Below are positions 39,482 to 47,865 of a DNA stretch of 64,000 bases, piece after piece. Below the pieces are notes generated by a model. That model worked only from the letters and a program-made list of their open reading frames with translations. It was not told where the DNA came from and did not search any database. Source of the DNA: Candidatus Woesearchaeota archaeon (GTDB lineage: Archaea > Nanobdellota > Nanobdellia > Woesearchaeales > GW2011-AR9); NCBI GenBank assembly GCA_041665465.1, contig JBAYIU010000001.1, positions 985,332 through 1,049,331 of the forward strand, given 5' to 3'. How positions within the stretch are numbered: position 1 is the stretch's first letter; the number at the start of each line of letters is the position of its first letter. A program made the translations under genes and the position numbers.

Positions 39482-39781
39482 ATGGAATCTGTATTTGTGT
39501 ATGGAAATTTGATGGATGATAATGTTCAAAGGCTTGCTTTTGGCAGAACGGTTGAATTTGCTTATGATGTGTTGTTTGATTTTATAAAACAAGATGTAAT
39601 AGTGGGAAGAAACAGAACCTTTACTATTATTCCTAAAAGAGGGTTTAGTGTTAATGGAGCGATTCTTTACCTTAATCCTGAGGAAATATCTTTTATTGAA
39701 GGAAAACAAGGCCAGAACTTTAAGAAGATTAAGGTTAAATTGAACAGCGGTAAAGAAGCATGGACCTACGCTTGTCCTTAA
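39482..39781 (+). CDS. Gamma-glutamylcyclotransferase (AIG2-like) family protein
   Basis: VFVYGNLM...V.G..L...EG...AWTY. Confidence 0.8.
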   Translation: MESVFVYGNLMDDNVQRLAFGRTVEFAYDVLFDFIKQDVIVGRNRTFTIIPKRGFSVNGAILYLNPEEISFIEGKQGQNFKKIKVKLNSGKEAWTYACP

Positions 39782-39867
39782 TCTCTCATGGAACTACTTA
39801 AAGGTTACAAAACCTTTATAAATTAACTCTTCTTTTTAATCTTCAAATTATCTCTTAGAGGATTAAA

Positions 39868-40710
39868 ATGGACGCAAACCCATCTTTAGAACTTATTCAA
39901 GGCGACTTAAGAGCTTATGCTCAGCTAGAGCCGGGAACTTTCCAAACTGCAGCGCAATCAACTAAAGCTCGAATGACTGAACACGATTTGTGTAAAGTTT
40001 GGTTATATTGTGCTAACGGAAATGCTTATCACTCCCAAAAAGGTAAATCCATTTTATGGGGAATAACTCCTGAAGAATACAATTTAATCTTAACCCATTT
40101 ATTTGATGAAAAAGATAGTTCTTTTGACCAATTAGTTCAAAAAGGTAATTTCATTCCAAACTCTGCTGAATCTGATATAGCAATGGAGCACGCAGTAATA
40201 TCTGATATTTCTCAATTCAGATTACAAGGCGATGATGCAACTTATCGTTATCTAGAAATTAGAACTGCCGATGGTTATGTGAGAGACGGGAAAAAATTTA
40301 AGCCCCAAAATAACCATGAAGCATTATCTTTGCTAGAACTCGGGTTTAACGAAGAGTATCTAAACTTTTTAAGGGATAATCCGATAAGGAATATTGAGAC
40401 AACTAGATTGTATGTTTTGAATCCTGCTTATGTACGAAAAGAAGCTGAAGGTGGGAAAACACTTTGGCGGGCTTCGTGGCTGAATAATTTCGACGTCAAT
40501 TCCAACTTCAACGCGAGGGGTCGTGACATCGGCGGCAATGGCCGTCTCCGTGGGGTACGTCGTGTGGTCGCCGAAGGCGACAGTGCGCCGGCAGGCGCAG
40601 ACGTCAAAAAGAGAGAGATAGTTCATACTTTAGATGAAGTATTAGCTGCGTTGGGCAAAGGTATAAATCCAGAAGTTGAAGCAAAAATTCGAAAATTATA
40701 CCTGGTTTAG
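39868..40710 (+). CDS. Putative DGR target (variable) protein
   Basis: Near-C-terminal RASWLNNFDVNSNFNARGRDIGGNGRLRGVR encoded by a GC-rich patch followed by two hairpins. Confidence 0.7.
   Translation: MDANPSLELIQGDLRAYAQLEPGTFQTAAQSTKARMTEHDLCKVWLYCANGNAYHSQKGKSILWGITPEEYNLILTHLFDEKDSSFDQLVQKGNFIPNSAESDIAMEHAVISDISQFRLQGDDATYRYLEIRTADGYVRDGKKFKPQNNHEALSLLELGFNEEYLNFLRDNPIRNIETTRLYVLNPAYVRKEAEGGKTLWRASWLNNFDVNSNFNARGRDIGGNGRLRGVRRVVAEGDSAPAGADVKKREIVHTLDEVLAALGKGINPEVEAKIRKLYLV
40465..40562 (+). mobile_element. Putative DGR variable region (VR)
   Basis: Abrupt GC-rich, CG-rich patch; AAY codons alternate with GAC/GTC/GGC/GGT codons reachable from AAY by changing only adenines; scaffold codons lack or are poor in A. 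Confidence 0.68.
40567..40599 (+). promoter_or_regulatory. Twin hairpins downstream of the VR (candidate DGR homing cis-element)
   Basis: GTCGCC-GAA-GGCGAC (40567-40581) and TGCGCC-GGCA-GGCGCA (40584-40599), both perfect 6-bp stems. Confidence 0.68.
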
Positions 40711-40720
40711 TCTTTTTATA

Positions 40721-41344
40721 TTAATACTCTACCCCTCTTCTGGCTGAAACGCCTTTATCAAAGTAATGCTTATGTGGTTTCATCTCTGTAACTAAGTCAG
40801 CTAACTCGATAATCTCTTCCGGAGCACCTCGACCAGTTAGTACTAATTCTACGTGAGCCGGTTTATTAGCGATCATATTCATCACTAAGTCCACATCCAA
40901 AAAACCCAAAGACATGGCTACATTGATCTCATCTAAGATAATTAAATCATAGTCTCCCGACAATACTACCTCTAACGCTCTCTTAAACGCTTCTTCCACA
41001 TAATCCCGTTGTACATCATCGTTGAGAAAACAAAATCTACATTGGCCACAGTCTACGTCTTCTCTTACAAAATCAAAGATCTCTTTATCTAACTTTTTCT
41101 CCGAATATCCGTTCAACTTCAACTGCTTCTGCTGTTTAATACAAGGACGTCCAAATTGTAGAATTTCAATATTTGGAAGATAATTCTGAATGGAAATATA
41201 CTCTCCTGTATAAGATCCTCCTTTCATGAACTGGATCATAAACACTTTAAATCCTTGTCCGATTGCTCTCAACGCTAAACCCAGTGCAGCGGTAGTTTTA
41301 CCTTTACCTTCTCCAGTATACACTTGAATTTGTCCGTTTTTCAT
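40721..41344 (-). CDS. cobO: Cob(I)alamin adenosyltransferase (CobO/BtuR) with Cys-rich insertion
   Basis: YTGEGKGKTTAA.G...RA.G.G, QFMKG, LDEI, LVLTGR, ADLVTEM...KH.F..G..AR.GVEY. Confidence 0.95.
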   Translation of the reverse strand: MKNGQIQVYTGEGKGKTTAALGLALRAIGQGFKVFMIQFMKGGSYTGEYISIQNYLPNIEILQFGRPCIKQQKQLKLNGYSEKKLDKEIFDFVREDVDCGQCRFCFLNDDVQRDYVEEAFKRALEVVLSGDYDLIILDEINVAMSLGFLDVDLVMNMIANKPAHVELVLTGRGAPEEIIELADLVTEMKPHKHYFDKGVSARRGVEY

Positions 41345-41428
41345 AATTTATAAAGTATTAAATACTTTTAAATTAGAGAAAAAGTAAGTTTTACTTTTTC
41401 TCGTTGGTTAAAACAATAAATAAAAAAA

Positions 41429-43573
41429 TTATAAGTTACACTTAACACATCCTCCTGAAAACTCTGCATCTACGGTCAGAACTTCAGATTTGGCTTCACC
41501 ATTATTCTCTAAATTTGCCGGTTCTTCTTGGCGTGCCTCTTCTTTCTTCTCTTCCCTTTTGATGTTCAATACCTGTACTTCTCGGCTGCCGTCTCGGTAG
41601 ATAGTGATTCCTTTACACCCTAACTGGTAAGCTAACAAGTAAACTTTGGTTACGTCTTCTACCGTAGCAGTAAACGGAAAGTTAACAGTTTTACTTACCG
41701 CATTATCAGTATGTTTCTGGAACGCTCCTTGCATTCTTACATGTGATTCTGGATCCAAATCCATAGAAGTAACAAACACCTTTCGTATATGTTCCGGAAT
41801 TTCTTTTAGATCTTGGATACTTCCTCTCTGAGCTATCTTCATCATCAGTTCAGGAGTGTAAAAACCTTCCTGTCTGGCCATCTCTTCAAATACCGGATTA
41901 ACTTCCAGTAATTCAAACTGAGGGGTCTTACGGATAAAAGATATGGCAAACAAAGGCTCGATCCCTGAAGAACATCCTCCGATGATAGAAATCGTACCGG
42001 TGGGAGCAATAGTGGTTATGGTGGCATTTCGATATACATGTTCTTGATTCCCATTATCATAAACACTTCCTTTAAAGTTGGGGAATGCTCCGCGTTCTAA
42101 AGCTAGTAGATGACTTGCGATTCTACCTTGAGTATTGATAAATTCCATCACTTTGTCTGCTAATTTGATTGCTTCTTCAGAATCATAAGATACTCCAATC
42201 TTGATCAACATGTCTGCCCAACCCATTACCCCTAATCCAATTTTACGGTTACCATTGACCATCTCAGTTATTTTCGGGATGGGGAAGTGGTTCATATCAA
42301 TCACGTTATCTAAGAAATGTACTCCCTGATGTATAGTCTTCCGGAGTTTCTCTAAATCTAATTTCTTATCTTCAGTAATGTGGTTAGCAAGATTTATCGA
42401 ACCTAAATTACAAGATTCGTAAGGAAGTAAGGGTTGTTCTCCACAAGGATTAGTTGATTCAATCTCTCCTAGTAAGGGGGTAGGATTACTGGTGGGCCAG
42501 TTCATTCGATCAATGAAAATTACTCCCGGCTCTCCATTCTTCCAAGCCATAGTGCAGATCAAGTCAAACACTCTCTTTGCATTCAATTCTCCTACCGGCT
42601 TTTTGCTATGGGGGTCAATCAAATCGTAATTCTGATTATTCTTCATCGCTTCCACAAACTTATCTGTAATCCCTACCGAAATGTTGAAATTGGTAATTTG
42701 ATCATTTCTTTCTTTACAAGTAATAAAATCAAGTATGTCTGGATGATCTACTCGTAATACTCCCATGTTGGCTCCTCTTCGCTTTCCTCCCTGTTTAATA
42801 ACATTGGTAGCAGCGTCAAACACTCGCATAAAAGAAATCGGTCCCGAAGCTACTCCTCCAGTGGTTCCAACTCTAGCCCCTTTAGCTCTCAACCTGGTGA
42901 AAGAAAAACCTGTCCCTCCTCCCGATTTATGGATAATGGCGGCATGTTTAACGGATTCAAAGATTCCTTCCATGGAATCTTCTACTGGCAAGACAAAACA
43001 AGCAGAAAGTTGTTGAATTTCTGTGCCTGCGTTCATTAAGGTAGGAGAATTAGGCATGAATTCTCGGTTCAACATAATTTCTAAGAATTCTTTTTTAGCT
43101 TGGTCTACATTCTTTCCATACTTTCCGTCAGCTAAGGCCACGTTTCCGGCTACGCGTTCAAATAATTGTTTTGGGGTTTCAATAACTTTGCCATTATGGT
43201 CTTTACGCAAATAACGGCCTTCTAAAACTTTAACTGCATTTAGTCCCATCTTACAGTCGTCCACCACTCCCATCAGAGACATGGTATCACGCATCTCTTT
43301 TCTCTTCTCGCGATATAAGATGAATGATTTAGCAGTCTTAGCATGTCCTCCTTCAATCAAGATCTTTTCAATCAAATCTTGGATTTGTTCTACTGAAGGA
43401 ATATCTTTCTCTGTTGATTCTAAATTAGCAATAACTTCTTGAGCTAACTTTTTAGCTAACTGTAAATCTTCTCCACCCACAGATTTTGCTGCTTTAAAAA
43501 TAGCTGTTGTAACTTTCTCTGGATCGAATCCAACAATTCGTCCATCTCTTTTTCTAATTTGGGTTATAACCAT
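41429..43573 (-). CDS. nrdJ: Class II (adenosylcobalamin-dependent) ribonucleotide reductase with ATP cone
   Basis: ATP cone (KRDG), NSPTLMNAG, ACFVL, TNPCGEQPL, CNLGSINL, IAPTGTIS, C-terminal CxxC; adjacent cobO and no nrdB. Confidence 0.93.
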   Translation of the reverse strand: MVITQIRKRDGRIVGFDPEKVTTAIFKAAKSVGGEDLQLAKKLAQEVIANLESTEKDIPSVEQIQDLIEKILIEGGHAKTAKSFILYREKRKEMRDTMSLMGVVDDCKMGLNAVKVLEGRYLRKDHNGKVIETPKQLFERVAGNVALADGKYGKNVDQAKKEFLEIMLNREFMPNSPTLMNAGTEIQQLSACFVLPVEDSMEGIFESVKHAAIIHKSGGGTGFSFTRLRAKGARVGTTGGVASGPISFMRVFDAATNVIKQGGKRRGANMGVLRVDHPDILDFITCKERNDQITNFNISVGITDKFVEAMKNNQNYDLIDPHSKKPVGELNAKRVFDLICTMAWKNGEPGVIFIDRMNWPTSNPTPLLGEIESTNPCGEQPLLPYESCNLGSINLANHITEDKKLDLEKLRKTIHQGVHFLDNVIDMNHFPIPKITEMVNGNRKIGLGVMGWADMLIKIGVSYDSEEAIKLADKVMEFINTQGRIASHLLALERGAFPNFKGSVYDNGNQEHVYRNATITTIAPTGTISIIGGCSSGIEPLFAISFIRKTPQFELLEVNPVFEEMARQEGFYTPELMMKIAQRGSIQDLKEIPEHIRKVFVTSMDLDPESHVRMQGAFQKHTDNAVSKTVNFPFTATVEDVTKVYLLAYQLGCKGITIYRDGSREVQVLNIKREEKKEEARQEEPANLENNGEAKSEVLTVDAEFSGGCVKCNL

Positions 43574-43589
43574 ATTTTTCACCTCATTA

Positions 43590-44027
43590 TTATAATTTTA
43601 TAATTTGACTTAGTTCTTTTCTGAATAATTCTGGACTGTTAAATGATTTATGTACTGAAGCAAAACGTAAATATGCTAGTTTGTCAACCTTCTTTAATTC
43701 CTGTAGCACTAATTTACCGATTTCAGTAGTGGGAATAAGATTATTTTTTTGAGAAAGTATCTTCTGTTCAATCCGTTTAGTCATCTCTTCGATATTTTCT
43801 TCAGAAGTCTTGCTGCATGCTTTGATCAGGCTATTCTTTATCTTCTGGCGTTGAAACTCTTCTTCATGTCCATCCTTCTTCTTTACTGTGATGTTAAGTA
43901 AGAATTTTTCATAAGTGGTAAAACGAGAATTACAACTTCCACATTCTCTTCTTCTTCGCACAGAATTCTCAATAATACGTGATTCCAGGACCTTAGTCTC
44001 TTCGCAAGAACAATATGGACAGTACAT
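43590..44027 (-). CDS. nrdR: Transcriptional repressor NrdR
   Basis: MYCPYC...VLESR...RRRREC..C..RFTTYE, ATP cone, AYLRFASV. Confidence 0.96.
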   Translation of the reverse strand: MYCPYCSCEETKVLESRIIENSVRRRRECGSCNSRFTTYEKFLLNITVKKKDGHEEEFQRQKIKNSLIKACSKTSEENIEEMTKRIEQKILSQKNNLIPTTEIGKLVLQELKKVDKLAYLRFASVHKSFNSPELFRKELSQIIKL

Positions 44028-44046
44028 CTATTCCCCCCTTGATTAA

Positions 44047-44093
44047 ACACTACCCCTAGCGGTTATTTGGGTATAAACAACCAGATATAGTGT
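44047..44093 (-). promoter_or_regulatory. Tandem NrdR boxes next to the TATA box of the nrdR-nrdJ-cobO operon
   Basis: ACACTACCCCTAGCGG (44047-44062) and CAACCAGATATAGTGT (44078-44093; reverse complement ACACTATATCTGGTTG), 31 bp apart; minus-strand TATAAAAA at 44093-44100. Confidence 0.75.
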
Positions 44094-44235
44094 TTTTATA
44101 TGAAAAATAAGAAACAGGGTTGGTTTAAATAGTTTATAGTTTGGGGAAGTATAGTTTGTAAAAGATAGGTTGGAGGATACAATCCCTTTAAGGAAATAGT
44201 TAATTATTTAAGTTAAAGAGATTACCTAAGTGATA

Positions 44236-44757
44236 ATGTCCTTAGGAATGCTGATCTTGCAAAGTTTGTACTTTTTCTTGCCTGCTTATCTAGCCAATAT
44301 GGCTCCACCTTTGTTTAAATGGTTGCCTTTCTTAAACAGACCAATTCACGAAAAAAGATTGGGGGCACATAAAACTTGGCGTGGAGTGATCGTGGCTACT
44401 TTAATTGGGACGTTAGTTTTTGTATTACAGAAATGGGCTTACTCTTTGGGCTTTACTCAATTAGCTTTAATTGATTATTCTGGGTTCTCTATTATTCTAG
44501 GAACACTTCTGGGTTTTGGAGCAATTTTAGGAGATGCCATCAAGAGTTATTATAAACGAAAGATGAACATCTCTCCCGGAGAACCTTGGCTAGTTTATGA
44601 TCAATTAGATTTTGTAATTGGTGGCTTATTGCTAGGAATGTTTTTCTATGTGCCTCAAGCAGAAGTAGTGTTGATCTTATTGATTATTAGTCCCTTATTA
44701 CATTTATTGTTTAACTATTTTGGATATCTTCTCGGAGTGAATAAGAACAAGTATTAA
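44236..44757 (+). CDS. carS: CDP-archaeol synthase
   Basis: PAYLANM.P, G.HKTWRG, GD..KSY.KR....PG..W..YDQLDF. Confidence 0.9.
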   Translation: MSLGMLILQSLYFFLPAYLANMAPPLFKWLPFLNRPIHEKRLGAHKTWRGVIVATLIGTLVFVLQKWAYSLGFTQLALIDYSGFSIILGTLLGFGAILGDAIKSYYKRKMNISPGEPWLVYDQLDFVIGGLLLGMFFYVPQAEVVLILLIISPLLHLLFNYFGYLLGVNKNKY

Positions 44758-44814
44758 TGGTGTATTCTCTAATTACTAAATATATTTAAAGGTAATTAGT
44801 TAAGCTATGATATA

Positions 44815-45330
44815 ATGGAAATCGCTCATCCCAAAAGAAACAAAAGAGAGTTATGTGCCTTAGCGAGACTGAGAGGGGATCTGCTGGATAAGGTTGAAAA
44901 GTTAACCGGTGATAGTGGGGGATTGGGTGCTTTTATTCAAGGAATGGCTTTGAAGGAGCGCGGTAATGATCGGGTTGTTGTTGATGGATATGTAGAGGTG
45001 GGATATCTTCATTATGAAGCAAGTCCGCTTCCTGCGGTCGCTTATATGGATAAATATCAGAAAGGGATGTTAATTGATCCTTGTATTTCAGGAATAGGTT
45101 TCTATGACCTTACCAATCTTGAGCGTTGGACTCATCTACCTAAAGAAGGTATGGGTCTGGTAAGCATTGTAAAAGCTAGAGAAATAGAAAGTGCTGCAGA
45201 TGTGCTTCCACTGGATTGGTATCCTGATGATGTTCGTGAAATTCGAATTCAATGTGGTCAGAGAAGTTATCTCAAATTCAATTTTAGAGGAGAAGTATAC
45301 GCTTTAACCGGTAAAGTTAGTAAAAGATAA
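44815..45330 (+). CDS. Hypothetical protein
   Basis: 171-aa ORF, no motif recognised. Confidence 0.55.
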   Translation: MEIAHPKRNKRELCALARLRGDLLDKVEKLTGDSGGLGAFIQGMALKERGNDRVVVDGYVEVGYLHYEASPLPAVAYMDKYQKGMLIDPCISGIGFYDLTNLERWTHLPKEGMGLVSIVKAREIESAADVLPLDWYPDDVREIRIQCGQRSYLKFNFRGEVYALTGKVSKR

Positions 45331-45338
45331 TTCTCTCA

Positions 45339-45920
45339 TTAACTAGTTCTTTCTTTTCTCTTACCAATAAACCACTGCAACTGTTTGGCTAAAGAATAAA
45401 CTGAAGCTACTCCCGTACATAAGTAAGTCAAGATTAAAATATAATTAGCGTAAGAGGAAACAGATGGTAGATAGAACATTAATAGTATCAAAGTAAGGGT
45501 TCTGGTGAAGAGGATAGGGGTATCGCGGTCATTTAGAAAGTAGACCACCTGAGATAATAAATATAAGCCTACTACTAAGAAAGCATAATAATCATTTAAG
45601 TAAATCCCTATCTTTAGTAAAGCTAAGAAAGTGATAAAACTATCTACTAACGCATCAAAGTAATTCCCAAATTTAGTGGGTCCTTGTACTCTAGCAATCA
45701 CTCCATCTGTGGCATCAGCAAGGACGTGTAAGATTGCAAATATCAAGAATAGCCAATAAGATTCAAACAGGAAATAAACGGACAGGATTCCAAAAATTAA
45801 GGAGAGACTGGTCATGATATTAGCAGTGATTCTTATCTTGAGAAACACCTTTCCTAAACCAGAAAGTTTCTTAGAACGAAAGATTCTCAGTTTCTCCATC
45901 TGCAATTGATACCAATCCAT
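45339..45920 (-). CDS. CDP-alcohol phosphatidyltransferase
   Basis: DATDGVIAR...TKFGNYFDALVD signature. Confidence 0.92.
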   Translation of the reverse strand: MDWYQLQMEKLRIFRSKKLSGLGKVFLKIRITANIMTSLSLIFGILSVYFLFESYWLFLIFAILHVLADATDGVIARVQGPTKFGNYFDALVDSFITFLALLKIGIYLNDYYAFLVVGLYLLSQVVYFLNDRDTPILFTRTLTLILLMFYLPSVSSYANYILILTYLCTGVASVYSLAKQLQWFIGKRKERTS

Positions 45921-45958
45921 GGAAACATATATAAAACTCCATCTATAAAAAGGTTATC

Positions 45959-46618
45959 ATGAATCGACTATTTGTAGAAACGAAGTATAAAGGAAAGGTA
46001 GAGATTCCTTCCAAGGTTATCTCCACCTTGCCAGGGAAGATAGTTTTAGCTATGCCGGTACAGTTCTTAGAGTTTCAAGCTAAGATTAAGGAACAATTAG
46101 AATCATCTGGTAAGAAAGTTATCCTGTTCAAAAGCAAGCACGGTCTTTATCCCGGACAGATTTTAGGTTGTGACATCTTCAAATTTAACGGGAATTACGA
46201 TGCCTTTCTATATGTGGGGGATGGAAAGTTTCATCCTACTGCTTTATTATATGAGAATGAGAAACCGGTTTATTGCTACAACCCTTTTACTCAGAAGTTA
46301 GAGGTTTACGACCAGATCTATCTGGAGAAGGTTAAACAAAGGAAACAGGGTCAACTGGTTAAGTTTCTTAATTCTCAAATGGTGGGGATTCTTGTTACCA
46401 CTAAGCCCGGCCAGAACCAGTCCAAGGGAGTAGAACTTTTGCGGGAGAAGCTAGAAAAAGCTGGAAAGCAAGTTTTTATCTTTCTGGCTGACGAGATTAA
46501 TTTCGGTTCCTTAGAGAATTTTAATTTTATTGAAGTGTGGATTAACTCTGCTTGTCCTCGTATCGTCGAAGACTTCAAGTGTCTAAACCTTTCTGATCTC
46601 TCTAAATTAAAGTTATAA
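45959..46618 (+). CDS. dph2: Diphthamide synthesis protein Dph2, short form
   Basis: GQILGC, Y.GDG.FH, G.LVTTKPGQ, L.NF, SACPRI. Confidence 0.88.
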   Translation: MNRLFVETKYKGKVEIPSKVISTLPGKIVLAMPVQFLEFQAKIKEQLESSGKKVILFKSKHGLYPGQILGCDIFKFNGNYDAFLYVGDGKFHPTALLYENEKPVYCYNPFTQKLEVYDQIYLEKVKQRKQGQLVKFLNSQMVGILVTTKPGQNQSKGVELLREKLEKAGKQVFIFLADEINFGSLENFNFIEVWINSACPRIVEDFKCLNLSDLSKLKL

Positions 46619-46776
46619 TCTTTTTATTGTCGTCGGTAAAGATAGTCTCCGTCGGGTAGTAGACGGAAGAAAAAGAAAACATTTATAAACTAGCTTTATT
46701 TCTCTAGCTCTAGAAAAACGGGGGTTTAAAGCTTTGTTTTTCAGAATACTATTAAAAAACAAAAGAGGGATAAAAA

Positions 46777-47037
46777 ATGGCTGAAGTTGTAGCAAAAACA
46801 GGTGTTAAGAAGCAAAAAGGATGGCTTTATTTCGTTGATAAGGCAGGTAACGTTTCTCGTGCTTTAATGAGCAGAGCTGGAAGAAAGAAAGGAAAAGCTA
46901 AAAAAGAATTAGTCGCTAAAGCTGGCGTTAAGAAACAATCAGGATTCTTGTATTTCATCGACAAGGGCGGAAATGTTTGCCGAGCTAAGATGGCTAGAGG
47001 CAGAAAAGCTAAGCCCAAAGCCAAGAAGAAACGATAA
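46777..47037 (+). CDS. Small, very basic protein made of two ~31-aa repeats
   Basis: EVVAKTGVKKQKGWLYFVDKAGNVSRALMSR / ELVAKAGVKKQSGFLYFIDKGGNVCRAKMAR; GAGGG SD; T-tract after stop. Confidence 0.8.
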   Translation: MAEVVAKTGVKKQKGWLYFVDKAGNVSRALMSRAGRKKGKAKKELVAKAGVKKQSGFLYFIDKGGNVCRAKMARGRKAKPKAKKKR

Positions 47038-47115
47038 GTTTCTTAGTTTTTATTTTTTTTATATTATATCTCATTTAAGCAACTTTAATATATCTCTTCT
47101 CTTTACTTCTTCCTT

Positions 47116-47781
47116 ATGTGGTTAGCTAAAATTAAATATCATCATGATGATTGCGTTACCCTGTCCAAGGTGGTTAAGCACCAAGTTACCGCTTACGCTG
47201 TCCCGGGCAATTCCTTTTCTGATTCAAAGTTTATCTACAGCACTGGTTTCTTAATGTTAGTCGGAGAAGAAAAGAATAAGAGGAATTTCATCCGTGACTT
47301 AAAGAAAGACAAAAAAGTGTTAAAGGTGGAAGTAAATCATGACTTGATAATGTTTGTAGAGAAAAATCCTTTAGATCATCCGGAATATGCTGTCTTTAGA
47401 TCTCCGGAAATCATGACCACTAAACCGGTTTATTGTAATCCCGAAGATGGTTTTGAATATTGGAACGTCTGTGCTTGGGATAAAAAACATTTGCAGAAGT
47501 TTCTAGTTGATATCAAGAAGATTGGTGAAGCTCATTTGATAAGTATTCAAAAGATGAAACTGCAAGATCTGTATCAATTCCATCTCAGTCCGCGCTTGAC
47601 TTCTAAGCAGAAGCAAGCTTTAGATTTAGCCATGAAGTTTGGCTATTATGACCTGCCTCGCAAAACGGATATTGTTGAATTAGGAAAAAGAATGAAGATC
47701 TCTCATCAAGCCTTTTCTGAACATTTGAGAAAGGCAGAAGCGAAGTTGCTGCCGATGTTGGCTGAAAGTTTTGTTAAGTGA
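47116..47781 (+). CDS. HTH_10 (bacterio-opsin activator-like) transcriptional regulator
   Basis: LTSKQ..AL.LA...GYYD.PRK.....L....IS.....EHLRKAE.K. Confidence 0.9.
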   Translation: MWLAKIKYHHDDCVTLSKVVKHQVTAYAVPGNSFSDSKFIYSTGFLMLVGEEKNKRNFIRDLKKDKKVLKVEVNHDLIMFVEKNPLDHPEYAVFRSPEIMTTKPVYCNPEDGFEYWNVCAWDKKHLQKFLVDIKKIGEAHLISIQKMKLQDLYQFHLSPRLTSKQKQALDLAMKFGYYDLPRKTDIVELGKRMKISHQAFSEHLRKAEAKLLPMLAESFVK

Positions 47782-47865
47782 GTAAAAATACTTTCACCTG
47801 CAAAGTAAAATAAGAAATAAGTGTCTGTTTAGTGTTTCTTCTGATTTAGGTGTTCTGGAAGAAAA

